A DNA stretch of 64,000 nucleotides, from positions 221,466,001 through 221,530,000 of the forward strand of contig NC_086097.1 of assembly GCF_963921235.1 (NCBI RefSeq). Direction: 5' to 3'. Below are positions 1 through 12,130 of this stretch, piece by piece. This DNA comes from Mobula hypostoma (taxonomy: Eukaryota). Below the pieces are notes generated by a model. That model searched no databases, had not been told where the DNA came from, and saw only the letters and a list, made by a program, of their open reading frames with translations. Numbering within the stretch: position 1 is the first letter of the stretch; every line of letters begins with the position of its first letter. A program made the translations under genes and the position numbers.

Positions 1-215
1 TAATCCTAGCCTAATCCAGGACAATTTTTCATGACCAATTAACCAACTAACCAGTATGTCTTTGGAATGTGGGAGGAAACGGAGCACTTGGAGGAAACCC
101 ACGCGGTGCATGGGGAAAATGAACAAGCTCCTTACAGGGAACGCCAGAATTGAACTCCAAACTCCAACTCCAAACTCCGATGCCCTGAGCTATAATGGCG
201 TTGTGCTAACTGCAA
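1..215 (-). mobile_element. V-SINE (HE1-like tRNA-derived SINE), cut by the window edge
   Basis: Reverse complement of the V-domain (tgtgggaggaaac..ggagcac..ggaggaaacccacgc). Related copies at ~14205 and ~56315. Confidence 0.75.
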
Positions 216-359
216 CGTTGTCATGGTGCCCAAATGTTAACCAAAGGGTGTGTATGGGATTTGAACCTGGCTCCTCGCTCATTCTCAGCATTTAATCCCC
301 AAAATGAGAATCACACTGCCTAGACCAATGAACCACAAGTATGGTTGCCATCCATTCAA

Positions 360-2345
360 GTATCTTTCCTGTAGTACCAGGGGTTCTTATCTTGTTAAGC
401 AGCCTCATGAGTGGGACCTTGTCTAAGACCTTCTGAAAATCTAAGTCAACAACATCCAATGACTCTCCTTGGTCTGTTTGTTATTTCTTCATATAATTCT
501 AGCAGATTTGTCAGAGAAGAACTCCCTTTTAGGAAAGCATGCTGACTTTGGCCTATTTTATTATGTGCCTCCAAGTACCCCAAAACCTCATCCTAAATAA
601 TGGACTCTAACATCTTCCCAACTATTGAGGTTAGGCTAACTAGCCTATCATTTCTTTTCTACTGCCTCCCTACCTTCTTAAAGAGTGGAGCAAAATTCTC
701 TGGACCCATTCCAGAATCTAGTGATTCTTTAAAGATCATTACTAATCATTCCACAATCTCTTCAGCTACCTCGTTCAAATCCCTGAGGTGTAGTCAATCT
801 GGTCCACGCGATTTATCTACCTTCACGCCTTTCAGCTTCCCAAACGCCTTGTCCTTAGTTATGGCAACTACATTCACTTCTGCTGTGACACTCTCAGATT
901 TCTGGCATACTGCCAGTGTCTTTCACAGTGAAGATTGATGCAAAATATTTACTAAATTCATCTGCCATTTCTTGTTTCCCCATTCCTTACTACCTCTCCA
1001 GTATCATTTTCCAGCGGTCTGATATCCACTTTCCCTCTCTTTTACTCTTTACATATCTGAAAAATCTTTTGATATCCTCTGAAATTATTAGTTAGCTCAC
1101 TTTCATATATCATCTTTTCTGTCCTGTGGCTTTTATAGTTACCTTCTGTTGGTTTTTAAAAGCTTCCCAATCCCCTAATTTCTCACTATTTACTATAATA
1201 TATGCCATCTCTTTCACTTTTATGCTGTCCTTGGGTTCTCTTGTCAGCCACGGTTACCTCATCCTCCCATTAGAATACTTCTTTATCTTTGTGATGTATC
1301 TACTCTGCGTTTTCTGAATTGCTCCCAGAAACTCCAGCCATTGCTATTCTGCTGCCATTCCTGCTGTTGCCCCTTACAATCAACTTTGGTCAGCTCCTGT
1401 AATTCCCTTTACTTCATTGTAATACCAATAATCTAACTTTAGCTTCTCCCTCTCAAACTGCAGGGTGAATTCTGTCATATCAACATGCACAACACGCTGG
1501 AGGAACTCAGCAGGTCGGGCAGCATCCGTGGAAATGAACAGTCAACGTTTCAGGCCCAGACCCTTTGACAGGACTGAAGAGGGAGGGGGCAGGGGCCCTA
1601 TAAAGAAGGTGGGGGGAGGAATTCTATCGTATTATTATGATTAACTTCTAAGTGTTTCTTTGCCTTAAGGTCTTTAATCGCATCTGGTTCATAACACAAT
1701 CCAAAATTACCTTTTCCCTAGTAGGCTCAACTGCAGGCTATTCTAAAAAGCCACCTCTTACGCATTCTACAAATTCCTTCACTTGGTATCTAGGACCAAC
1801 CTGGTCTTCCCAATCTATCTGCATATTGAAATCCCTCGTGACTATTGTAACATTGCCCTTTTTACATGTATTTTCTATCTCCCATTGTAATTTGTACCTC
1901 GTATCCTGGCTACAGTTCAGAGGGCTGTATATAATGCTCATTAGGGTCTTTTTACCCTTGCAGTTCCTTAGCTCTACCCACAACTATACAAAATCTTCCG
2001 ATTCTACGTCACCTCTTTCTAGTGATTCGATTTCATTCTTTACCAACAAAGCAACCTAAACCCCTCTACCTACCTGCCTGTCCTTTCGATACCATGTGTA
2101 CCCTTGGATGTTAAGCTCCCAACTATAACCTTCTTTCAGCCACAACTCAGTGAGCACCACAATGCCATACCTGCCAATTTCTAACTGCACTACAAGATCA
2201 TGTACCTTATTCTGTATACTGTGTGCAGTCAAATTCAGTATAACCCCTTCAGTCCTGTATTTATTACCATTTTTGATTTTGTCCCCATTACACTGCAATT
2301 CATCCTACAGTTTGCAAATTTTCCCCATCATCTGACTGTCCTTTC
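360..2345 (-). mobile_element. Decayed CR1 LINE ORF2 (APE endonuclease to start of RT), with internal deletions
   Basis: Minus-strand peptides LTELWLKEGYSWELNIQGYTWYRKDR, WVELRNCKGKKTL and RDFNMQIDWEDQVG; stops and frameshifts. Confidence 0.9.
1482..1620 (-). mobile_element. Penelope-like pLTR fragment inserted in CR1, with a degenerate hammerhead
   Basis: Matches 9796-9925 (gctggaggaactcagcaggtcgggcagcatc...ctataaagaaggtgggg). CR1 sequence resumes after it, with aattctg/aattcta on either side. Confidence 0.8.
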
Positions 2346-4433
2346 TGACAGTCTCAATACACACTGCATCTACAAACACCTATCATCTCTGGGAGGGAAG
2401 TCACAGGCTTCTTCATAAGCTATCATTAAGGGGACCAGGATGGCAATGCTTGGTTGTTGGTAGGTAGGGTTAATACCTGACTTTCAAGAGCACTTGTGAG
2501 TTATGTTCCGGCTGGACTTAGTCCTTAAACTGCTGGAGAACAGTGCGGAAAGAACAGGGGCTGTTTTCTCCCAGTCCGGATTAGTTTCTATTTCCAAGTG
2601 CTCCTGCCACATTTTGTCACCCTGCTACCTTATCCTTCAATCTCTTTGAATTATGGAGGACAACATGTGTATAAATGTCTCTTTCCAGCAGACTTCATCA
2701 TGATCATCATGACTCCAGTATTTCTACTAGTTTTTTAATGTTTCTTAATTGTACATATGATTTTTTTTGTGTTCTATCGCTGAGCAGCAGTGAACCATCT
2801 GATTGGCCTATCAGAATTCTCTTCAGGAACTAGTTGACTGGATCAGCATTTCTGATCTGGCTATTGTTCACGATTGCACTTAATAAAAAAAAACAACTGC
2901 CCCATCTTCAGACCTGTCACTCCAGTTCCCATCCACCTGTAATATTCTCCGCAGAATATAACCTATTTTCTAGCCACTCCACTGGAAGTCTATCCTATCA
3001 ATCTCTTCTAGAATCTTGTATTTCACTGACACTAGTTTTCGTTGACCCAAACTACAGTGAATACAGGTCAATACAAATCAATCTCTTTTGGTAGTGCAAG
3101 CCCCTAATGGCAAGATCAAACTAGTGAATCTATGGTGCACAACCAACAAAGCCATAGGTTAATCACTTCTCTCATTTTTTGTTTCAATTGAACATCGATG
3201 CATTAAAAATTAAGTATACTCTGCCACTGTTCAGCTATTGGCAAACTTTTAAATTAATTTTCCGATTTAAATCTGTTCTTGTATTTATACAATTGGCATT
3301 ATCTTAATTTGGGATTGTTCCCTGATTAAATGATGTACCTCTCTAACTAAATATAATTTTCTTCATTAGACTTCAGTATATGTGACAATAATAAACCAAT
3401 TTACCAAATTCAATCACACTGCATTCCAGTGAGAATCCTGTATTATACAGGTTCTCACAAAATAACATTAGAGTACAACAAACAATGTGCTGGAGGAAAT
3501 CAGTGGTTTCTTACAGTGTATTACAGTGCACTATATTCCTTATAATGTAGTACTCTGAGGAGGATCTGTTGTTATATGACATCAATCATATTTCAAAAAG
3601 TTACTGAACGTCAGTTTGCCTCAGTTCATTATAAAATTAACACATTTTCTGAGGGATATTTTATTGCTGAAGGTTCTGAGTTTGGGAAAAGATATTCACT
3701 AAATTTTATTCTCTTGTGGAATAGTCTATTCAAGAAATGCAAGAAACTCTCCTTGTGCCATTGTTACTCCCTCAACTATCACCACACAAAAGAACCAAAT
3801 TTCATCCCTTTTTTTTGTTGTGTTCTTAATAATTCTTTCATGGGGAAGACTTTGATTGGAAAGACATTAGTTGTCATCTAATGCTTATGATCCTTTAAGA
3901 AGCTGGTGCTGAACGGCCATCTTGAATTATCACAGTCTTTCTGATGGAGGTATCCCAAAATCTTCTTCATTTTGTTTCATGATGATGAAGGAATGATAAC
4001 ACATTTCCAAACTAATATGGTGTGTGACTGGGATAACAACCTGCACATTATGCACCTGCTCCCCTTGCCTTTCTTCACAATAGGAATTGTGGTTTTGGGA
4101 GCCTCTGTTGAGCAATCCATCATGTAGATGGTGTAAGCAGCAGCCAGAAGATGCTGGTGGGGAAGAGTGAAATCATTAAGGTAGTAGGATGGTTGACAAA
4201 CAAGTCTGATGCTTTTCCTTAGATGATATCAAGAATGATATCTTGGGAATTATTGTATCTTCACGCCTCTAGGAAGTGAAGATTCCATTTCTCTCCTGAT
4301 TTGTGTCTTGGAGTTATGAAAAAAAACTTTGCGGAGGAGCTATGCCACTTGCATCAGCTTTTGATTGCTTTCTACTTTTGTGACTAGTCCAGTTAATCTT
4401 ATCGATGCAGATATTGATGGCATATGATTCAGC

Positions 4434-4805
4434 AGGGGTGTTGGGTGGTGGGCTGGAGATTCGTCTCTACCCAGGGAGGTGTAAGGCGCTCCTTCCCTCC
4501 GCTAGCCTGCAGTCACCCTCAGGCAAGGTGTGGGGCCTGCTTAGCCCCCTGATCAGGGTCACATGAAGTCATGGGGACAGGTAGTGGATGGTTGTATGAG
4601 CAGCTGGTGCATATCACAAGTTCTGGTTATGTGACCACTGACGCCAGGCAGACAATCTCTGAAGAGTATTGATAATGTCCGGAGTCACGCATCTTATAAA
4701 GACACTGCCCAGAAGAAGGCAATGGCAAACCACTTCCGCAGAAAAATTTGCCATGAACAACCATGGTCTAAAGATCATGATCACCCATGTCATATGACAC
4801 ATAAC
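4434..4805 (+). mobile_element. SINE-like element with an RTE/Bov-A-type 3' segment
   Basis: GC-rich island in AT-rich flanks. The motif gaagaaggcaatggcaaaccacttc...aatttgccatgaa resembles RTE-partnered SINE tails. Confidence 0.55.
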
Positions 4806-5549
4806 AAATGATATCAAAGTATCAACGGGAAAATATTTGACTCTTGTAGTAGAGGATCATTATTCAGTATTAGCATGGCATGATTTCTATTTCAGAATGT
4901 TGTCCAAGTCTTGCTGCACATGTGGGTGCAGACTAGTCCATTATCTGAAGGGCTTTGTGCCATCACTGGTGACTTTCTGATGGAGTGAAGGTCATTGATA
5001 CCGTAGGTGGGATGACTCCAGTTGGAGAACTCCCCCATGATTTTCATTTCACTGAAGTTCTGTGTGAAGAGCAGCTGTATACACCAACAAGCTATGCTCC
5101 TTAAGATCTTACAATCTGTGAACAATAATCCAATCATACACCATAAATGGAAGTATTCAGTGAAACCTCCATTTGCATTTGTATGACTACCCCTGTACAT
5201 TCATGCCTACATGAAAATTTGTAGCCGATTTCTGTTCCACATTAACAGAAGTCTGTTTCCTCAGCTGAAAAAGATCAGATACATTTTGCCTTTCTAATTG
5301 CAAATGGATGTAAAGTCATCCCTACAACTTGCAAGTTACTTCCACAAATATCATCAGAATATTTTTTCTTCCTGACAATGGGAACCCAGTACTATAGTAA
5401 ATTATGTTTTTTATTGTAAATATATACAATGCTTCCTTAGGTTAAATTCAGCATCTATGTGGTTAAGCAGGTCAGTCCCTAGAAAAATACCAGAAGCAAT
5501 GTACTTGATTTTGAGCAAAGGTAAACTAATAACTTATCTCAAAGTACGT

Positions 5550-5749
5550 GCAATGGGCTGCCAGCAACAGTAGTGGAGGTGGATACCATACGGTCCTTTA
5601 AGAGACTTTTGGAGAGGTACTTGGAGCTTAGAAAAATACAGGGCTATGGGTAACCCTAGTAATTTCTAAGGTAGGGACATGTTTGGCATAACTTTGTGGG
5701 CTGAAGGGCCTGTATTGTGCTGTAGGTTTTCTTTGTTTCTATGTTTCTA
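5550..5749 (+). mobile_element. 3' tail of a CR1-clade LINE ending in tttctatgtttcta
   Basis: Same tail is seen reversed at 26290-26420 and 28965-29090. Confidence 0.7.
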
Positions 5750-5983
5750 AATTATAAACTAGTCATGATATTATAGTTGTTTTATGGACTAATGCAAACA
5801 ACAAGAATTCCATTCAGACACATTTTACCACAGAGAAATATTTTCAATAATATCTTAAATTATTAAGTAAAGCAAAGACTGAAAAAAGCACCTCTATGAC
5901 TGAGTTCAACCATCCTATTCATCTGCTATCAATGATAAAATGAATAACTCTGTGAGGAGCTTTTGCAGGAACAGACACATTTA

Positions 5984-6106
<123 letters not shown>

Positions 6107-7525
6107 CTATGCACAAAATGCAAATAAGAAAACAATATTCATTGGTTGAAGTAGATGTGCCAAATTCTTTGCCCCTGTGTATCTCTGGAGTGTATACCAG
6201 ACATCTTTAGGAGCCATATTTAACACTCAAAAATGAAATCTCTAGCCTCTGATACTAAAAGATATTGTTCTGATTTGGGGTTTATTCTTAAAGGATTAAA
6301 CCTGTCCTTTCTAAATCAATGGCCACCATAAAATCCCATCAACATAGCAGCCCAAGAATTGGTGTTTCTGAGCTCAGCTGTAGTCAAAGCCAGGTTAAAC
6401 CACAGTTTGAAGACCTGTGACTAAATTAGACAAATTTCCAAAGTAAACCTTTACAAGAGACAAGATTTTAAATCTATTTGATTTCTTAGAAAAGTTTAAC
6501 AACACAAAACTTCTATGATTATCTTTCATTTTCAAAGCAAGGATAAACTTCCCATCCCATGACCAAGCAATGTAATATCTATTGAAAGATGGTATAAATT
6601 GCATTTCAAACATTAAACAGTCATAAATAGTACCTTTCTGATAAAATCAATACTTTGCCAGTTTTCCATTCACAGGTTAAATTTAAAACAAAAAGGACTA
6701 AGAGTTAAGAAACTGGACAAGATAATTAGGAATGCAGAATCAGGCAGGACCCTGTTCTGTTTGGGTTTAACTGCATGAAATAATGCAAAAACATATCATT
6801 TGATACATAGTCATCTAAAGAACAAATTGTTTTAATACTATTTTGCATAACAATAAGTACAGGTAACGCATTATTAAAGTAAAATAAAAATGGAAAATGC
6901 TGGAAATACTCAGGAAAACAGGTCTTAGCTGTAGGAAGAGACAGTAATACTCAAGTAGATTTTTTTAAAGAAGTTATTTGCTAGATAACTAGAAACATTG
7001 CTTTTTAAAAAAACACAACCTATTGTGTTTTTTTATATACATGATTGTTGCCCTATCTTGAAATCTTCATTGAGCTTCACAGAAAGATCGGGTCTATGCA
7101 AAGATTATGTTCTCCAATATCAGCTGATCAGTGTTCTAAATTATTAACAAAAAAGTGTGTGTCTGTAGTTTCTTTCAATTAATTGCTCTTGTGGCACTAA
7201 TGTTTGTTTTCCTTGTGGATATTAGGGGCATATGCCATGTACGGTATCTTGATGAGCCCCATATTTAAAGTTTAAATTGAAAACTTGCTTAAGTACTTAG
7301 GTCCAGCTTTTAATTTCCGGCAGATAATAGCAATGGATCATACAAGGATTAAAATAATCAACACACTGGCACTCACTAGAGGGCCCTGTACAAGTACCGT
7401 TCACTTAACAAGTGGGTGAACAGAAGTCTCCTCCTGTCTATCATCTGCTGTTTAACACAGCAGATGCTAGTGCATCTGACCTCCTGCTTGGTTGCTGGCC
7501 CCTGTGGTCAGAGCCAGAGTTTGAC

Positions 7526-9715
7526 CATAAGACATAGAAGCAGAATTAGGCCATCTGGCCCATTGAGGCTGTTCCACCGTTCAATTATGGCTGATCCTTT
7601 GTTTTTATCTCCTCCTCAACCCCAGTTCCCGGCCTTCTCCCGGTAACCTTTGATGCCATGTCCAATCAAGAATCTATCAAGCTTTGCCTTAAATACACCC
7701 AATGACCTGGCTTCCACAGCTGCATGTGGCAATGAATTCCACAATTTCACCACCCTTTGGCTAAAGAAATTTCTCCGCATCTCTGTTTTGAATGGACGTC
7801 CCTCTATCCTGAGGCTGTGCCCGCTTGTCCTAAACTCTCCCACCATGGGAAACATCCTTTCCACATCTACTTTGTCTAAGCCTTTCAACATTCGAAAGGT
7901 TTCAATGAGATCCCCACCTTATCCCTCTGAATTGCAGTGAGTACAGACCCAGAGCCATCAAATATTCCTCGTATGATAACCCTTTCATTCCTGGAATCAT
8001 CCTTGTGAATCTCCTCTGAACCTTCTCCAATGCCAGCACATCTTTTTTATGATGAGGAGCCCAAAATTGTTCACAATACTCAGGGTGAGGCCTCCCCAGT
8101 GCCTCATAAAGCCTCAGCATCACACCCTTGCTCTTGTATTCTAGACTTATTGAAATGAATGTATTTGCCTTCCTCACCACCGACTCAACCTGCAAGTTAA
8201 CCTTCGGGATGTTCTGCACAAGGACTTCCAAGTCCTTCTGCATCTCAGATTCCTGGATTTTCTCCCCATTTAGAAAATAGTCCACACATATATTTCTACT
8301 ACCAAAGTCATGACCACGCATTTTCCAACATTGTATTTCGTTTGTCACTTTCTTGCCCATCCTCCTAACCTGTTTAAGTCCTTCTGCATCTTTCCTGCTT
8401 CCTCAACACTACCTGCCCCTCCACCAACCTTTGTATATTCTATAAACCTGGCAACAAAGCCATCCATTCCATCATCTAAATCATTTATATACAACATAAA
8501 ATGAAGTGGTCCCAACACCGACCCCTACAAAACACCACTAGTCACTGGCAGCCAACCAGACAAGGATCCTTTTATTCCCACTCACTGCCTCCTACCAATC
8601 AGCCAATGCTCTAACCATTTTAGTAACTTTCCTGTAGTACAATGGGCTCTTAACTTGGTAAGCAGCCTCATGTGTGACACGTTGTCAAAGGCCTTCTGAA
8701 AGTCCAGATATACAACATCCCCTGCATCCCCTTTATCTATCCTACTTGTAATCTCCTCAAAGAATTCCAACAGGTTCGTCAGGCAGGATTTTCCCTGAAG
8801 GAAAGCATGCTGACTCTTGTACCGTATTACCAAGTACTTCATCACCTCATCCTTAACAATTGACTCTAGCATCTTCCCAACCACTGAGGTCAGGCTAACT
8901 GGTCTACAATTCCACTTCTGCTGCCTTTCTCCTTTCTTAAAGAGTGGAGTAACGTTTGCAATTTTCCATTTCTCTGGCACCATGCCAGAGTCCAATGATT
9001 TTTGAAAGATCATTTCTAATGGCACCACAATCTCTAACGCTGCCTCTTTCAGAACCTTAGGATGTAGTTCCTCTGATCCGGATGACTTATATACCTTTAG
9101 GTCTTTCAGCTTTTTTTAACACCTTCTCTCTTGTAACAGAACTGCACCAACTTCTCTTCCTTCACACACTACAACATCAGGCATACTGCTAGTGTCTTCC
9201 ACAGAGACGACTGACGCAAAATACTCATTTTGTTCATCAGCCATCTCCTTGTCCCCCATTATTATTTTGTCTACCTCATTTTCTAGCAGCCCTATATCCA
9301 TTCTCATTTTTTATTTTATTTTTAACATACTTAAAAAAACTTTTACTATCCACTTTGATATTATTTGCTAGGTTAAAGTCTGTCACAAGCCTTGTGGCCC
9401 ATCAGGCCGGTGCTTATGCCAGTTTTCATGGCGTGAAGCAACTGAGAGTACGAGGCTCCCCTCCCCCCCAGATAGGATGCCAGTCTATCGCGAGGTTAAC
9501 CCCCAGCATTTTTTCCGGTACCTATTCTCAGCTGGGTAGACTGGAGCATTGTGTGGTTAAGTGCATTGCTCAAGGACACACACACTGCCTCGGCCAAGGC
9601 TCGAACCCATGACCTTCAGATTACTAGTCCAATGCCCTTACCACTTGGCCACGTGCCACACTATTGTTTTGCTAGCATGCTTTCATATATTATCTTTTCC
9701 CTTCTAATGATTTTT
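7526..9715 (-). mobile_element. 5'-truncated CR1 LINE (RT + 3' UTR)
   Basis: Peptides WKIANVTPLFKKG, KSCLTNLLEFFEE, DVVYLDFQKAFD and RRNFFSQRVVKLWNSLP; tail at accataagacatag. Confidence 0.95.
9372..9661 (-). mobile_element. tRNA(Thr)-derived SINE nested in CR1
   Basis: Minus-strand head GGCACGTGGCCAAGTGGTAAGGGCATTGGACTAGTAATCTGAAGGTCATGGGTTCGAGCC has A and B boxes. Imperfect TSD tattatttgctag (9359-9371) / tattgttttgctag (9662-9675). Confidence 0.85.
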
Positions 9716-9850
9716 GAGTTTGGGTGTGTCAAGCTAAGGAACATGATGTAGTTCATAAACACAAAATAATCTGCAGATGCTGGGGCCAAAGCAACACTCA
9801 CAACAAGCTGGAGGAACTCAGCAGGTCGGGCAGCATCAGTGGAAAAGATC

Positions 9851-9887
9851 GGTCGACGTTTCGGGCCAGAACCCTTCGTCAGGACTG
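9851..9887 (-). ncRNA. Minimal type I hammerhead ribozyme motif, sense to EYA1 pre-mRNA
   Basis: Reverse complement reads CAGTCCTGACGAAGGGTTCTGGCCCGAAACGTCGACC, with an intact core. Confidence 0.8.
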
Positions 9888-10445
9888 AAAAGGGAAGGGG
9901 CTGAGGTCCTATAAAGAAGATGGGGCCTCCTCTACATCGGTGAAACCCGACGCAGATTGGGGGACCGCTTCATCGAGCACCTCCGCTCCGTCAGCCAAAA
10001 CAGACAGGATCTCCCAGTAGCCACCCACTTCAACTCTGCTTCCCACTCCCATTCAGATACGTCCATACATGGCCTCCTCTACTGCTATGATGAGGCCAAA
10101 CTCAGGTTGGAGGAGCAACACCTCATATACCATCTAGGTAGTCTCCAGCCCCTTGGTATGAACATAAATTCTCCAACTTCCGGTAATTCCCTCCCCCTCC
10201 CTTCCCCTATCCTATGTCACTCTGTCCCCTCCCCCAGCTGCCTACCACCTCCCTCTTGGTTCCGCCTCCTACTACCCTTTGTGTTTTCCCCTATTCTTTC
10301 TTCACCTTTCCTGCCTATCACCTCCCTGCTTCCCCTCCCCCACCCCTTTATCTTTCCCCTTACTGGTTTTTCACCTGGAACCTACCAGCCTTCTCCTTCC
10401 CACCCTCCCCCACCTTCTTTATAGGGCCTCTGTCCCTTCCCCCTA

Positions 10446-10481
10446 CAGTCCTGACGAAGGGTTCCGGCCCGAAACGTCGAC
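10446..10481 (+). ncRNA. Minimal type I hammerhead ribozyme motif of the Penelope pLTR
   Basis: GTC-CTGACGA-A-GGGT(TCCG)GCCC-GAAAC-GTC^GAC. Shows the CUGANGA and GAAA core, stem II, GTC/GAC stem I and GUC cleavage triplet. Confidence 0.8.
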
Positions 10482-11229
10482 AAATCTTTTCCACGGATGC
10501 TGCCCGACCTGCTGAGTTCCTCCAGCTTGCTGTGAATGACGTATTTCATATCTGACCCCTACCAAACCCTGCTTTATACTAGAATTTAACTCAGCACCAA
10601 TCATTTGGAGGAGATTTCCAACCTGGATCGAAACATGTTATAGTTAAGGCAGAGGTCGATAGGTTCTTGATTGGTTAGGGTGGGCCAAATGGCCTAATTC
10701 TGCTCCTATATCTTACGGTGTGAGTGTTTCTTAAGTTTAATTATTGAAAATGTTTTATTTAATTTATTAGTTAAGTAATTTTAAAATTAGTTATTTCTTT
10801 ACTTTTTTAAATTAGTTACATCTATTTCAGTTGTTTTTAATTGTCTCTCATGAACAGACAATTAGATAAAATTAAAATGGCATTTCACCACATAAGACAT
10901 CAGGGCAGGTTTGGAACAGGGCTTCAGGTCTGTTGCTTGAGACTCAGTTGCTGCTCACAGATTGTTGTGCCTCACAACACAGCCGTGCAAACGGACTTTT
11001 GGTTGGGTTGGATCTGCATGACCGAAAAAGGTTGGTGATGGATCATTTAGGCTGTGCTTCACTATATTAAAGCAAGTTAATGCTCTGCTGATACAGGCAG
11101 TTGGGAAAAGGAGGAGTACCTTTGGGAAAACCCAACCCTGCCTGACCTGTGTTCTTTATGTAGAATGCATGGTAACATGGCACTTTCAGTGATGCCCTGT
11201 TCTTTGGAAAATATTATAAATCTACCAAA

Positions 11230-12130
11230 TCCCAGAGTTCTGAAACAAGAACAGAAATGCTGGAAGAACTGATCCAATCAGGACAAGTAATGTTTTGAGT
11301 CAGTGACTCTTCCAGAGAACTGCAGAAAGAATGGAGGGTTTACAGTTTTCAAAGCAGAGCTAGAGGTGTAAGACAACAGTTAATATGAAGACAGATAAAA
11401 GGAGATGCAGGATCCTAACCCAGAATATCAACTTCTATCTCCATAGATGCTGCTTGACCTGTTGTGTTCCTCCAGTAGTTTGTTCTTTGCTAGTTATTGG
11501 TTAAGACAGATCATGTGATAAAGAGCATTGAAGAATATCTATTAATAAGACTTTATAAAGATAGGGACACAAGTGTGATATTGGGAAACAGTGAGAAAGG
11601 TGTTTGTTATGTTGGAAAATTCTGTGTTCATTCTGGAAGGTTGAAAAGTGCCTAGATGGAATGTTACTTCTGGTTACCTGGGCCTGACTATGGCAGTGAA
11701 CGAGGCTACAGTCAGACATATCAGAATGGGAATAAGATTGAGAATTAAAGTGGTATGTAACAAGAAACTTGAAATCACTCCTGTACATTGAGCACAGGCC
11801 TCAGCAAAACGACTGTGCGAACCACTATGCTACTGGGCTGCCCCACACTACTCTGCCTGTAGATGTCACATTGTAAACAACAAATGCAGCAGACTAGACT
11901 GGAAAGGATGGGAATGAATTCTGCTTTGCACAGAATGATTGCTGGATGATGGTAAGGCAAGGGGGAAATGGGCAGGTGTTGCACCTCCTCTGGTGCATGG
12001 GAACACATCATGGGATGAAGGGAGGTGGGCATCAGATCAAAGTGACATGAAGTGAGAGGTGAAGGGGAGGGGCCGGGAAGATGTGAATGGTGGGATCATG
12101 TTGGGGCTGGTGGAAACCCAGTAATACTGC
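11230..12130 (-). mobile_element. Old degenerate Penelope-like remnants
   Basis: Peptide VTYHFNSQSYSHSDMS matches the GIY-YIG tail; decayed pLTR pieces at 11250-11310 and 11405-11490. Confidence 0.65.

Larger units (their letters stand above)
9757..10537 (+). mobile_element. Truncated Penelope-like element: inverted 5' pLTR + GIY-YIG C-terminus + pLTR
   Basis: Peptide LYIGETRRRLGDRFIEHLRS...VATHFN...RLEEQHLIYHLGSLQPLGMN. About 130-bp inverted arms at 9796-9925 and 10408-10537. Confidence 0.92.

Noticed and set aside
9590..9661. tRNA gene
   Set aside because: No proper acceptor stem or terminator, and it is followed by a SINE body with a TSD, so it is a SINE head.
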